The notes under the pieces are model-generated. The model worked only from the letters and a program-made list of their open reading frames with translations. It ran no database searches and was not told where the DNA came from. From Octopus vulgaris (Eukaryota), in assembly GCA_951406725.2 (NCBI GenBank), contig OX597814.1, positions 143,592,001 through 143,656,000 of the forward strand: a stretch of DNA of 64,000 nucleotides, written 5' to 3'. The translations under genes were made by a program, and so were the position numbers. The first letter of the stretch is position 1, and each line of letters opens with the position of its first letter. Below are positions 12,947 to 25,887 of the stretch, piece after piece.

Positions 12947-14442
12947 GGAATGGTGTTAGAAGCAAAGAAATGAAGCAATAAAGAAGATAGAAAGAGAAAA
13001 AAAATGAGAAAAAGACAAAGAAATAAAACAAGAGATAGAATTATATGGAAGGATGATTTTATTAAAGAGAAATAAAAGATAAAAAAAGAAAATTATGGTA
13101 TAAACTATCGATAGATTCATAAAAGTTCCTATATTAGTAACGTATGTAAATGAAACTGTGTAAATGTAAATGTGTAAGAATCCATGGATTATTCTAGAGG
13201 AATGAGCTTATAAGATGGCTATGTGATTTATTTACAAAGTAATCATTACAAGATAAAAATTAGAAAGAGATGAAAAAATAGAATGATAAAATCATATGAA
13301 ATTGAATAGAATTTGGTGTGAAATATGTTGGAATATAAAATATAATTACAGAATTATAGAAAGTTATGAACATTTATCGCGTGCAAAACATTTATAACAA
13401 GTAGGCCAAGGGAAGTCCGTTTATCCTGTATATTCTTATGACAAGTATAATTACTGCAATTAAATAATTAAAAAAGAGTAGTACTTCGTAATTCGTCAGT
13501 AGAAAACGTGATTGCCGTTGTCTTCAAAATTATACAAGTCCGAAATTTCTATTCTCATTATTTCCGTGATGGAACAAGATTATTCGTTTCCCAGAGCTGC
13601 ATAAATAACTGAAGTTATATGGTTCAGTGTTATTCAGAAACACGATTTCCTGCTGAAATTGTGTTCATCTTTCAAATACCAAATATATTTTGACAAAATA
13701 GTGTATACATGTCAAACAAGGTTTCCTGAAAGTGAACGAATCATATGTGTCATACGTTAGTTTAAATGGCTTCACCGTTAAAGTGATACAATAAATTTAC
13801 AAGCGAGTTTCTAGGAAAATAAACTGTAGAGGCTTAAAGGATAGTAGTCACAGATGAATGAGTGACGTAAAACGATAGATTTCTTTTGTTATAACTAATG
13901 TACGAATGTATGTCACTTTGGTGGCTTTTCGTCTATTTAACACACGCTCTCTCTCTCTCTCTTTATCTATTTATCTATCTCTAACTTATTGCGTGGCATC
14001 GTGGGCAAATATTCATTTACTATAGCTTGGAGTCGGCATAATCTGCAAGAGAAATTATGCGATAGAAACTGTATAAAAGCATACCATTCTACTGGAAACT
14101 TCTCTTTCTCTTCACTGTTGAGTGCTTATCTAACACATGAAATACTGAGCTCTCAAAAGTTGAAGTTTCATATGTGCATTTATTCTCATATTTGTATGCA
14201 GAGATTTTGTGTTTATTTCTGTATTGAACTGGTTTAAACTTTTGGCATTAGGCCAGCAATTTCATGGAAAGTGTAAAAATTGATTACATCGAACCTAGGG
14301 CGCGACTCGTACTTATTTTATCGATAAAAGTTTTATCTTGATAAAAGTTATTTTTCAAAAAATTGTCTGGATTTATTATCATCGTCATCATCATTGTCTA
14401 GTGAGAGAGATTGTGTGTGTGTTTTTTTGTGTGTGTGTAAGT

Positions 14443-14510
<68 letters not shown>

Positions 14511-14709
14511 GGTAGATAGATAGATAAATAGATAGAAACAGTTTTACTTCTCTAACATTCCTCTGATGTGAATATTATAAAAGTAAATTCACTTTGTGAC
14601 AGCCACTATTTAAAATTAACGATAATGTATAAAAACTAGAAAATATTTCAATCTAAATTATAATTAATTTTGTTTATTATTAATTTTTACCTATGTGTAT
14701 TCATTAGGG

Positions 14710-14777
<68 letters not shown>

Positions 14778-14870
14778 ATATGTATATATATATATATATA
14801 ATATAGGATAAAATTTTTCGAAAAAAATTCTATAAATAGCTAGCATATTAAAAAGTACCTTTAAAGGTTA

Positions 14871-14976
14871 AATTTATAAACAAGGGCAAAAGAAAAAAAA
14901 TTCTAATCGACAATTTAAGTCGATTTTCGGCATATTTGGCATTAGAATGTTTTTCTTATGCCCTTGTTTATAAGTT
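14871..14976. repeat. ~36-bp imperfect inverted repeat inside a (TA)n-flanked insertion
   Basis: aatttataaacaagggcaaaagaaaaaaaattctaat / attagaatgtttttcttatgcccttgtttataagtt. Confidence 0.75.
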
Positions 14977-14989
14977 ATTGATATATCTA

Positions 14990-15033
<44 letters not shown>

Positions 15034-15234
15034 TGTGTGTATATTAATACACACACACACATATATATATGTGTTATATATACCTATGTAAAATATATAT
15101 ATACTTATGTATATATTATAAATATTCTATATATTATACGCATGTACGTATGTATGTTGAACTATCTATGATGTTTTACTTTTGAACTTTTATTTATGAA
15201 CCTCTTTGTTTTCATTTTCACCTGCATACAATGC

Positions 15235-15460
15235 CCTTTATCTTTTATCATATAATTTTTTCATCCTTGGATCACGGCCATACTGGAGCAGAACGTTGAA
15301 GCGTTTTTAGTCGAAGAAAATCGCTTCCAATAAGTTCTTTTTTAAAAGGCCGGTTCTTATTCATTGGTCCCTTGCCGAATCGCTAGTTTCGGGGATGCAA
15401 ACAAACCAATATCGGTTTTCAAGCGCTGGTGGGGGTGGGGAAACAAACAGAAACACACAT
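15235..15460 (-). mobile_element. SINE family B 3' half
   Basis: cggccatactggagca...ttgccgaatcgctagttt matches the reverse complement of 2590-2760. Confidence 0.75.
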
Positions 15461-16072
15461 ATTTAGGCTCGTGCGTGCTTGCGCGCGCACCCCCACCCCC
15501 ACACACGCGCACAAAATTTGCGCAGCTGGACTGAAGTTAAATTCACGTACTTCTAAAGCGAGCTTTTGACAACATTAGAGGAATATTTTAAAAATAAGGT
15601 ATTTAATGTAAATTCAAAATAAACATAAATTTTTTTAATGTTCCCTTTTATTTTTTTACTATATGTGGGGGCAGAAATTTGCTTGTGCGCAATTTTTGTT
15701 TTTCTTGCAAAATATGTACAATACTATGCAATTTAACATCATTCGAATATCTTCTATTAAAATTATTCAGTTTCATTTTGAAAAACTTACATGCGCATAT
15801 TTTTTTCGTTTGCACGACAGTTATAAATCATATGCATGTGCAGAAGCAAACGGCTGGGAAGGAAAACTGCTGAGAAATTCAAAAGAAAATAAAAACAGAA
15901 ATATTCTATTGGTCTTTTAGAAATGTGGAAAATATATCCTAAATTATAACAAATTTGATGTTTCTGTTAATGAATATTTGAGTATTAGTATAGACATTCA
16001 GATATAACACAAGCCTAATTCCATCTCTTAGCTCTTTTAAGAAAACATAACACTACGTTATTTATAATAATA

Positions 16073-17275
16073 CTACGTTCAGTCAAAAGTTTTTTCGGAT
16101 TTTCACTGATGATTTTTGCGGAGTTGTATCTTCATGTTGTACCATTAACGTGAGACAGTTTGTTTTCTAATCGTTGCTAAATGGTTCATTCTTTACTTTC
16201 GTAAAGGATATATAGACATTGATGGCTTATTCTTTATTTTACAGCTTTGGTAATCAGTGGTGAAAAAATTGCAATTAGAGCCATTATGGAAAAACAAAAC
16301 GTATTGATTGCAAGGCCAGCAGCTAAAGAAATTAATGAAGTAAATCGCCTAGTAAGTGTCAACAAATGTGTGGTACTAAAATGGTTCAAGGAAGGTGACG
16401 CCAGTTTTGAAAACAAAAGATCAAGGAGACCTTCTGTTGTGGAAGATGAGGCCTTGTTTGAAATGGTTGAATAACAATCAAGCACTCGTACATTGTCGGA
16501 GTAACTTGGCCCTTCACAAAATAGCATCTATCAACACCTCCATAAACTCGGCCTTGTGAACAGACGTTGTCGAGAAGCTCCTCATTAACTGACCAATGAT
16601 CAGACCTGACGTGTGAATATTTCCAAACAGCTGCTCGTAAATCCTCGAGATATCAGTTTTTTTGGGGCGTCGAATTGTTACTGAGTATGAAAAAAAAGAT
16701 CTACTTTCGTAATCCTAATTAGAGAAATCAGTAGCTTCGTTCATGCCAGGCTTTAGAACCTGCCTACAAGCAAGAGCGGTTTGAACAGAAGGTCATGTGT
16801 GTTTGGTGGAATTTCGAGGGGGCGTTGTACTTTGAGCTTATTCCAGATGATCATATTATGGATGCTAACCTTTTTGCTCAACAATTACAGTGAGTATATG
16901 ATGCTTTGAAAGCTTACTACGCAATGCTGGCCCATCGAAGACGCGCGCCAGTGCCCCAGCACATAATTCCAATGTGACCAACGCAAACTTGAGGAATTTG
17001 GAGCGCTGGCACTGTTGCCTCACTTACCTACAGTGCAGACGTTGCTCTAAAGATCACAGTCTTTTCCGTATCATGGCTCATTTACTGCAGGGATGGAGGT
17101 TCAACAATGTGTATGAGATTGAAAATAGGTGCACGGAGATTTTTGACTCTAAACCAGTCATATGTTTCAAGCGGCGAATTGAGCTTCTGGCACAACGATA
17201 GCAACAGACAATAGAATATGATGGGATATATTTTGACGAATAAACATTTTTCGTATGCAATTTGTCTGAACTATT
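16073..17275 (+). mobile_element. Decayed mariner transposon
   Basis: Transposase fragments with stops and frameshifts: KWFKEGDASFENKRSRRP, RIVTEYEK, KVM.VWWNFEG...FELIP, PYSADVALK/DHSLFR, IELLAQR*QQTIEYDGIYFDE*. Ends are approximate. Confidence 0.85.
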
Positions 17276-18478
17276 AATTAAAGGATGAAATATAGTAACA
17301 CAATTTAACTCAGTCAGCTATATGACTAGAGGAGCTCTATCCACCGTCAATGATTGTCTATGTAACACATGAAACTTTATATACGTGACACATAAATGTC
17401 TTCAGCCTGACACTGTTATCTTAATCAGTGTACATGTTGTTTCCAGTGTATTTAATGCTTAACTTTACATACGTCTACATATATACACACATACACATAC
17501 ATATAAGTGTGCTGTTAAACTGTACTTGAGCCAATATCATTTATATGTAATAATATTAAGATAAATTTCAGTATGAGGCCACGCAAGTTTCGTGTTACAT
17601 AGACAATCAATCATGGGGGAATATAGACCTCATTCATACATATTTGATTTACGGTGTTACGTACTTTCTATAAAAGGGACGGAAAGTAATAAAACCAGAA
17701 TGACTTTCAAAATGCACTAAATACATATGCTTCACGACAGCAGTATAAGTGATTTTCAACTTCGTTGAGCTATCAGTATTTCCATTACACAAGTTAATCA
17801 GCCCTAATACCAGATACTTGTGAGTCGGGATATCGTTCCACACAGAATCAAGGCATGGCTTTCTAAATCTCTTGGAGGATTTATATAAGGAAATTAACAT
17901 TAAGATTGATTGAGTTCGAGTGTAGAAGAATTTAAAAGTTTCATAAACTTTACTATATGGTGTTGATATATGAAAAATAAAGTTATTATCATGCTGCATG
18001 ATTTGAGATATAGCTAATTGAAAAATAATATGCCTATAGTTAAATAGCTAAATATTCTGGGAGCACAACAAATTATTTGCAAATTTACTAAAATAAATAA
18101 CATTATGAGAGAGCAAATATACTTGCGCCCGCACACAGACATGCAAACAAATACGCATAAATATAGACAAAAGAGAAAGAGAGGCAGACGACGCAAAGAA
18201 AGAGAATATAAAGAACACACTAATACACGGAAACATACACATGCACGCACACACACACACATATATACATGTACGCATATGTATATATGCATTTATATAC
18301 GTATAAGAGAAATGTACGGCGTGTCATGTTAATACAGACGGATGTTTTAGTCTCGCTGTGAAAAATAAACACTGTGGTTAGCCACACATGTTTTTTCTGT
18401 CTGTGGCCAGAAGGAGTTCGACATGACTAGGTTCAGCTTTTGTAAGGGAGCCAGCCATTACTTGCGAAGACTATAAAT

Positions 18479-18509
<31 letters not shown>

Positions 18510-18632
18510 TACACACACAGACACAGACACACACAGACACAGACACATACACACACATACACACACACACACATACACACAAACACACAAACGTTTAGCA
18601 TGTTGGACAAAATGTTTAGTAGCATTTTTATA

Positions 18633-19921
18633 CGGGGCACGGGGAATAAATGGTCGTCTAAATTTCGCAAGAATGAGAATAACATTGACTTCTCATTTTA
18701 ACGGATATATTTACCAAAATTACATAAAAATATCTTGAAATACTAAAGAGTAAATTTTTTCAATAAAATCGCCATTGGCTTTAACCACGGCCTCCGGACG
18801 ACTTCGGAATCTCTTGTAATTCTTCTGGACGGTCTCCTCGTTTAAGTTGGTGAATGCTGTCATAATCCTTGCCTTCCGTTCATATGTGGTGTTACAAGGA
18901 GTTTTGTTGGTCTCTCGCTCAACTGCGCCCCACCCTTAATAATCAAGGGGGTTGCGGTCTGGGGAGTTACGTGGCCAGATGTTAGGGGTGGTGTGGTTGC
19001 AGAATCGTATTCTCCTGCTTGTGTGGCATGGTACAGAGTCCAGTTGCCAGATATAGGATCTTCCAGCACCCACCCTCTTGACCCAGGGTAGCACTACATC
19101 CTCTAGGCACTTGTGGGACACCGTGTTGAGACTGAGGCCGTGTGAGAAGATGAATGGAGGCATAACGTTGCCATCACTAGTGATCACTACAAACACCGTG
19201 ATGTTGACTTGATGTTTGACTTTTACCGCTCTCGGCACATGTTTTTGGGACACGTTTGGGACTCGGTACATGTTTGGGCAAGCCAACGGTTGTTGTACAC
19301 GTTCACTATCTGATCCTGGCAGAATTTTTTTTCGTTTGAGCAAAACCAAAGCATGAGCTGTTGGAGGGGATGTTTGAGTTTGTTGAAAAGTTTTTCCTCT
19401 TGTCCTTGATGGCTTGGGATAAAAACTGGCCCTTTCTCATCTTGTATGAGGAATACCGAATGTCTTCATGCGCTACTTGCCTGATGAGAAACTCAGATAG
19501 ATCATGTCGCAGTGATGGACCTAATTCACTTGGAGGGATCGTTGTCCATTATGGCTTGGATCTCACCAACAAATTCAGGAGTTCTTTTCTTATCAGAACG
19601 ATCAGTGTGCGTTTTCCGAGCTGCCGTACCTTCGTAATCACCATTAGACTCTTTCGACTCTTTCCGGATCCTCAGCACTGTCCTGAGATTGACACCCAAA
19701 CATTCTGAAATGTTCAAATTGGAGCTTACGGCGCGAATAACAAGCAGTACAGCATGTTGTTTCCGAATTTCTGGCAGAGTAAATTGCGTCATGGTGCTGC
19801 TTTTTCTTACAGATGTTGCCTAGCTGAACCTACTATATTGTGCAATCGACAAAATCAATAACAAAAGTGTATGCGCGAAATTAATAATATAAAATAGCGA
19901 CAATTTACCCATCGTACTTTG
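18633..19921 (-). mobile_element. Decayed Tc1/mariner-superfamily transposon (maT/DD37D-like)
   Basis: Imperfect TIRs with TA flanks. HTH ORF 19526-19792; DD(D) pieces ITSDGNVMPPFIF, YIWQLDSVPCHTS and IWPRNSPDRNPLDY. Confidence 0.88.
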
Positions 19922-19926
19922 TATAT

Positions 19927-19936
19927 AATAATAATG

Positions 19937-19988
<52 letters not shown>

Positions 19989-19991
19989 TAA

Positions 19992-20059
<68 letters not shown>

Positions 20060-20068
20060 TAATAATAA
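19927..20068. repeat. (AAT)n microsatellite
   Basis: Direct reading. Confidence 0.95.
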
Positions 20069-20146
20069 ATGACAACAAAAGAATGAGACCTTGATATTAG
20101 GAAAATAGAGGATATTTATATATATATAATTTAGGAAAACCAGTAA

Positions 20147-20215
20147 GTTGTCATAATAGTACTCAGAATTTCAAATGCCGGAGCTTCGATGTATTCTCAT
20201 CGGCTATTATGACAA
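20147..20215 (-). ncRNA. Type I hammerhead ribozyme motif (CCGAUGA variant)
   Basis: Minus strand: ttgtcataatag CCGATGA gaatac..ggcattt GAAA ttctgag TA ctattatgacaa. Confidence 0.7.
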
Positions 20216-20481
20216 TAGACGCAATGAAAAACTGTTGAATAAAATGGAATTTACTCTGATAGGTAGGAAAAAATATAAAAGATAAAAAATACACGCAACC
20301 ATATTCTCACAATACATAGACATAAAATCTACTGCGTCTATATGTATGTAGACGTTATGAACGCACAAGTTTTTATATCTATGTATTGTGAGAATATAGT
20401 TGCGTGTATTTTTATCCTTTATATTTTTTCCTACCTATTAGAGTAACTTCCTTTTTATTCAACGGTATTTTTATAGCGCCT

Positions 20482-20558
20482 GTTGTCATAATAGCCGATG
20501 AGAATGCATCGTAGATCCTAACTGCGGCATTTGAAACTCTAAGTACTATTATGACAAC
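20482..20558 (+). ncRNA. Type I hammerhead ribozyme motif (CCGAUGA variant)
   Basis: 13-bp stem I gttgtcataatag/ctattatgacaac; CCGATGA 20495-20501; stem II gaatgc/gcattt; GAAAC tctaa GTA, predicted cut after 20545. Confidence 0.8.
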
Positions 20559-20845
20559 TTACTGATTGTCCTAAACTATATATATATATATATGATTATT
20601 AATAGCAGAGAATATAAAATTCTAACGCAACAGAGGGGAAAACAAACTCAATTTAGTAATACTAAATCAAATTTCACGATATATTAAATATATATAGAAT
20701 TAAGAGACAGAAGCTCCATAAAGTAATTCAATTAATAATGAAAGATATTATCTATAATAAAATATAAATTTAAATATATTATTATTAATATTATACTAAA
20801 CATTTCTATATTAAATAATACACATTAAAAAATACATATTAAAAC

Positions 20846-20935
20846 GACGTCGCGCGTTTCGAGACAATATCAAAATCGATAATCTCAAAAATCAATATTT
20901 CTTCGATCCAAAGATACATTGCCACTCTTCAGGTC
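20846..20935 (-). ncRNA. Decayed type I hammerhead with long stem II
   Basis: Minus strand: gac CTGAAGA gtggcaatgt...atattgtctc GAAAC gcgc GAC gtc. The essential U of the triplet is replaced by A. Confidence 0.6.
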
Positions 20936-21162
20936 TCAATAACATAAAATAAATTTACAACATAAATGAAGTCGTTATAATTAAACTGTTCTACGAAAGC
21001 CAACAGGCCAAAACTTCGAAATTATTGTTACGCCTCTTCTTGTGGCAGTTTGATACACATATACGCGTATGTGTGTGTATGTGCGTGTGTGAATATATAT
21101 ATATATAATATGTATATATTATATAAATATATATATAAATAAACATATATATATATATATGT

Positions 21163-21220
<58 letters not shown>

Positions 21221-22488
21221 GAACGTTGAAATCCGGAGGAGAGCAGCTATAAATAATGACTTTAAGAAATGATCTGAAAAAGATTATTTCATATTTAAAT
21301 TTGAAATTTATAAATTCTTATGACTTTAGCATGCATAGTACATACATATGTGCACGCATGCATGCATGCATGCATACATACTTATGTGCGTAAGTGTGTT
21401 TGCGTGTCTGTAAAGGAACGCATTATTTTCTCCTGTGTATTTGCTTAGGACTGGAATTGCAAGCGCGAAGAAATAGTATTCAAGACATAAAGTGGAATAT
21501 CGGGAAAGTGAAACTTTAAGTAACAATAGTCCGTTGTTTAATTTAAAACTAAGTAACGCGGACACATACACGTGCGCGCACGCGCACCGCGCACACACGC
21601 ATAAACAAGCCCAATCACACACATACACTCATAAACACACACACATGCATACATACAACGACACATAAATACGTAGATACATAATACATACATATAATGT
21701 CCGAGTGACATTGTATTTAGGATTATAAACGATAAGAAAGAAATATTCCTTAAATAAATTAGAGTATTGAAAACGTGAAACGCTTGGTAACAACAAGAAT
21801 ATATATATATATGTGTGTGTGTGTGTGCGTGTATGTGTGTGTGTATTACATACATATATGCATAACAAATGCATGCATGCATATATGTATGTGAGTGTGT
21901 GTATATGTATGTATATATGTGCTCATATATGTGTGTGAACAATCATCATTCGCACATGTGTATACGGTCACGCATACACTGACTATATAGAGATGTATAC
22001 ATAACTGTCATTTATTAAAAGTCAAGCTTAAGAAGAGACAAACGTACGTTTCAACAAAATCATGTATGCATACATACACACACATGTATGTATGTATGTA
22101 GATAATTATTTAAAAATATATGTGTTTACGGGCGCGCGTGTATGAAACTTTATTTGCACATTGCCCAAGGGTAAGCATGAAATACAAACTAGCATTATGT
22201 GAGACAGACGGAGAAGCACCATAGGCTTGCATACAATACAACAATGCAATAATACATATGTAAACTCATGCGCACAGGCATATGAGTGCGCGCACATGAA
22301 TGTTTATGAGCATGGCGGACCGCACGCGCGCGTGAGTGAGCATGACTTGTTATATGACTGTGTATTCACGTAATGCCATAAGTTTTGTTTAAAGAATAAA
22401 AATACACATAAGATACCTGCCAAGTAATTAGCACGAAATATGATTATATATCCATCTTGATTTGAAAATGCTCGAATACCTATATTTC

Positions 22489-22561
<73 letters not shown>

Positions 22562-22633
22562 TATATACGCATATATGTGCTTGTATATATTTATATACAT
22601 ACATATATATATATAACGTCTCTTTCTCTCTCG

Positions 22634-22675
<42 letters not shown>

Positions 22676-22695
22676 TATGAGTGGAGAGAGAGAGG

Positions 22696-22731
<36 letters not shown>

Positions 22732-23394
22732 GAGAGAGAGAGAACATACAGGCAGACACATTTGCATAAATGGACTGATATGTAAAACACGCATGCATTA
22801 ATGGTAATCTAGAGATCTCAGCTTAACACAATTACTTTGTAATCATAAACGGGTTAGAAATAGAGATATTAGCGTTACAGCAAGTTCTTTGACATTGGAT
22901 CAAACAAACAAAAAAATAAAAGATAAAAAAAAAGATAAAAATTAAGACGAACAGCAAACGACACAGCAAGATAGCTGGGTAGAAAAACATTGAATTAGTA
23001 TGATAAACATAAAACTCTTCAATTTCAAAGGAATATAATTTCTTCTCGAAAAACTTCTACGTAAATGTTGACGGGTGTAAAAGGCGAAGAGAAAGCGAGA
23101 GAGAGAGGGAGAGGGAGGAGGAGAAAGACAGAGGAAGGGGGAGAGAGAGAAAGAGAGAGAGGGAAAGAGATGTGTGATGTAACAGTGACGAGGAAAAGGA
23201 GGTGAGATGTGGAGTGCGGTGATGTATTATTATTATTAGACATAGCTACAAAGATAACAATGCAAAATTTTATTTTTTCTATTGCTTGAACTGATGCGAT
23301 GCTAAGCGAATGGTGAGAAAGACAACATTGTATGCACTTCAGTGCAGCTGTGTTATCAATTGGCTCATTGCACCACACAAACACGCGCGTACTT

Positions 23395-23508
<114 letters not shown>

Positions 23509-23615
23509 TTATATATACATATATATCAATATACACATACAAAGACAGACATATATATGCTCGCGAGTCTTAGTGTAAATATATATTTTTATACACACAT
23601 ATATACACATGAGTA

Positions 23616-23647
<32 letters not shown>

Positions 23648-23714
23648 CTTATGTGTATGTATACATATATATAAATATCTGTGCATATATGCAAAACATA
23701 TATACGTGTATAAG

Positions 23715-23817
<103 letters not shown>

Positions 23818-24502
23818 ATATATCCATGTATACCCATAAATACGTACTGTATTCAAATTTACTAAATTGTGTTCCCTGACGGCATTTTACCTTAACAAAG
23901 AGTTAAACATGTCCAAAACTAATTTTCATTCATTTTATATCACGATTCACAAGAAATGGTGGCTAGTCAATGTACTCGGAAAGTTGCGTCTTGCTTTGGC
24001 TACTATGTAAACAACCTCACGTGCTGACGTGGAATCAATTTGCTTTGCTGACAAATTCATTTTCTGCGTATAATATTCTATTCAACTGAACACAATGCGT
24101 TCTCGAATATAATGCGATTTCACAACTCTTACCTAAAATCTTCACTACATTGCTTAGGTTTTGGTTGGGGGCCAACTCGATCAAAATTACTTTGAATTGC
24201 CGCACGTATCATTAAAATACTGTATTATATGTTAAGAAAATATAGTATTTTTAAGCAGTTGGTCGATGTAATTTTTTTGTCAAATTCTGTCCATATGTAT
24301 AATTTTGAAAAATGCCACCCATCCAAATATTGAGTGGAAAGGTGAGCAGGAAGTGTGACAACCTATATGGAAAAATATTCGTATACATATAATTTGTGAT
24401 TAAAATTTCATTACACGACAAACGTTATACATTCATCTGTTCAATTATAACACGCTATTGAAATACACGTGACAATTTCATCTATTTTCATTATAGTTTT
24501 AT

Positions 24503-25530
24503 GTTTGTACCCAAAGGAAGACATCTCTTCCAGTTAGCTAATGAAACACGTTCTGTGTCCGATTAGTATTTGCGAGGGGAGGTCATCGCTCCCTTCTCTA
24601 GCCTTACGTCATACACACGGACTTGAGTATGTATGATGTAAGGCTAGAAATGAGACCGATGACCTCCCTTCATAAATACTAATCGGACACAGAGCGTGTG
24701 TCGTTAGGCAGCTGGAAGAGATGTCTTCCTGGGGCTACAAACGTCAGTAGCACTGTCCCATATAGGACGCCATACTTGGTTGGCAATTATAGGTTACAAT
24801 TCCGTATTGCTACTGTTTATATCTCGCTCAGAGATTTAATATAGCTCTTTTACTATTTCCTGTAGCCCCTTCACACTTTCTTCGTTCCTTACACTTTTTC
24901 TCGCTCGCACCCTCTTTCACATTGCTTAGCCTTTCCTTCATTCTCATTACTTTTCCTCCTCCTTTACCTCACTCTATCCTTTTCCTTTTCTCTCTCTTTC
25001 GTCCCTCCCTAATTCTTTAATCTCTCTACCCCTACCTGTCTCCTCTCCTACGTGACCGGTGATCCGCCAATCATGACTTTTCTTTCTTGGTTCGATTACC
25101 ATCCGTGTAGCATCTCTTATATTCCTTCCCATGACTTACACCTTGTATGTTCCTGCCGTAAGGCTTCACTTCCACACACGCCAGCTTAATTTAATTCATC
25201 CTTAGTCGAAAGACACCTGTTGTTAATGCCCGGTTATTTGTATTTGTAACTGTGTACCATTTCGCCGTTTTTTTTTATCGTCCTTGATTTCATATACATT
25301 CGCTTGCTTTCATCCTAAGAATCTAGTGCTCTTAGCTTAGATTTTCTTGTGACCGGACAGATTAGAGCAGTCTCGAGAGTAACGGGTCGAAACTGTAAAG
25401 ACGATCTGGTACTCGACTGAAGAGCTAAAGCTCCGAATGACCCGATCTTGTTTTTTCTTGTCCTTTTTTGTATTGTCTAAATGTCCGAATGTTTTGTTGT
25501 CGTCCGTTACGCTATTGTTCCATTTTTTGT
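24503..25530 (+). mobile_element. PLE-like terminal element: 240-bp palindrome (24503-24742), CT-rich tract and structured 3' motif
   Basis: Arms gtttgtacc..ggaagacatctcttccag..gccttac / gtaaggct..ctggaagagatgtcttcc..tacaaac. Homology to 10890-11010 and 3397-3562. Confidence 0.65.
25351..25446 (+). ncRNA. Candidate hammerhead-like ribozyme with non-standard strand order, copy 2
   Basis: GCAGT-C 25367-25372, GAAA 25389-25392, CTGAAGA 25417-25423. Helices GCAGT/ACTGT, TCGAG/CTCGA, GACCGG/CGGGTC and CAGATT/GATCTG. Confidence 0.55.
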
Positions 25531-25534
25531 TTTG

Positions 25535-25670
<136 letters not shown>

Positions 25671-25848
25671 GTACACATACGCGCATGTATTAATGTTTGT
25701 TTTAATGACGTTACATACACACATACACACATAAACAATTTGACAATAAACTGAAAGATTTTCAATATATGTCAGTAGAGTAGGTATTTTACTTTTACAA
25801 GGAAAAGCGTTACATAGATATCCAGGTTTCAGCTTGATCACTGTATCC

Positions 25849-25883
<35 letters not shown>

Positions 25884-25887
<4 letters not shown>

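Larger units (their letters stand above)
20118..20591. mobile_element. Fold-back element, ~210-bp imperfect arms, each with a hammerhead (PLE-like end)
   Basis: 20118-20327 is the reverse complement of ~20370-20591 with scattered mismatches; TA-repeat flanks. Confidence 0.8.

Noticed and set aside
22035-22060. GAAACGTACGTT on the minus strand
   Set aside because: Only the 3' half of a hammerhead; the CUGANGA half is absent.
25155-25220. ctgccgta aggct...agtc GAAAG acac CT: possible hammerhead upstream of the odd motif
   Set aside because: Two core mismatches, G at the cleavage position and no stem I; needs a family consensus.
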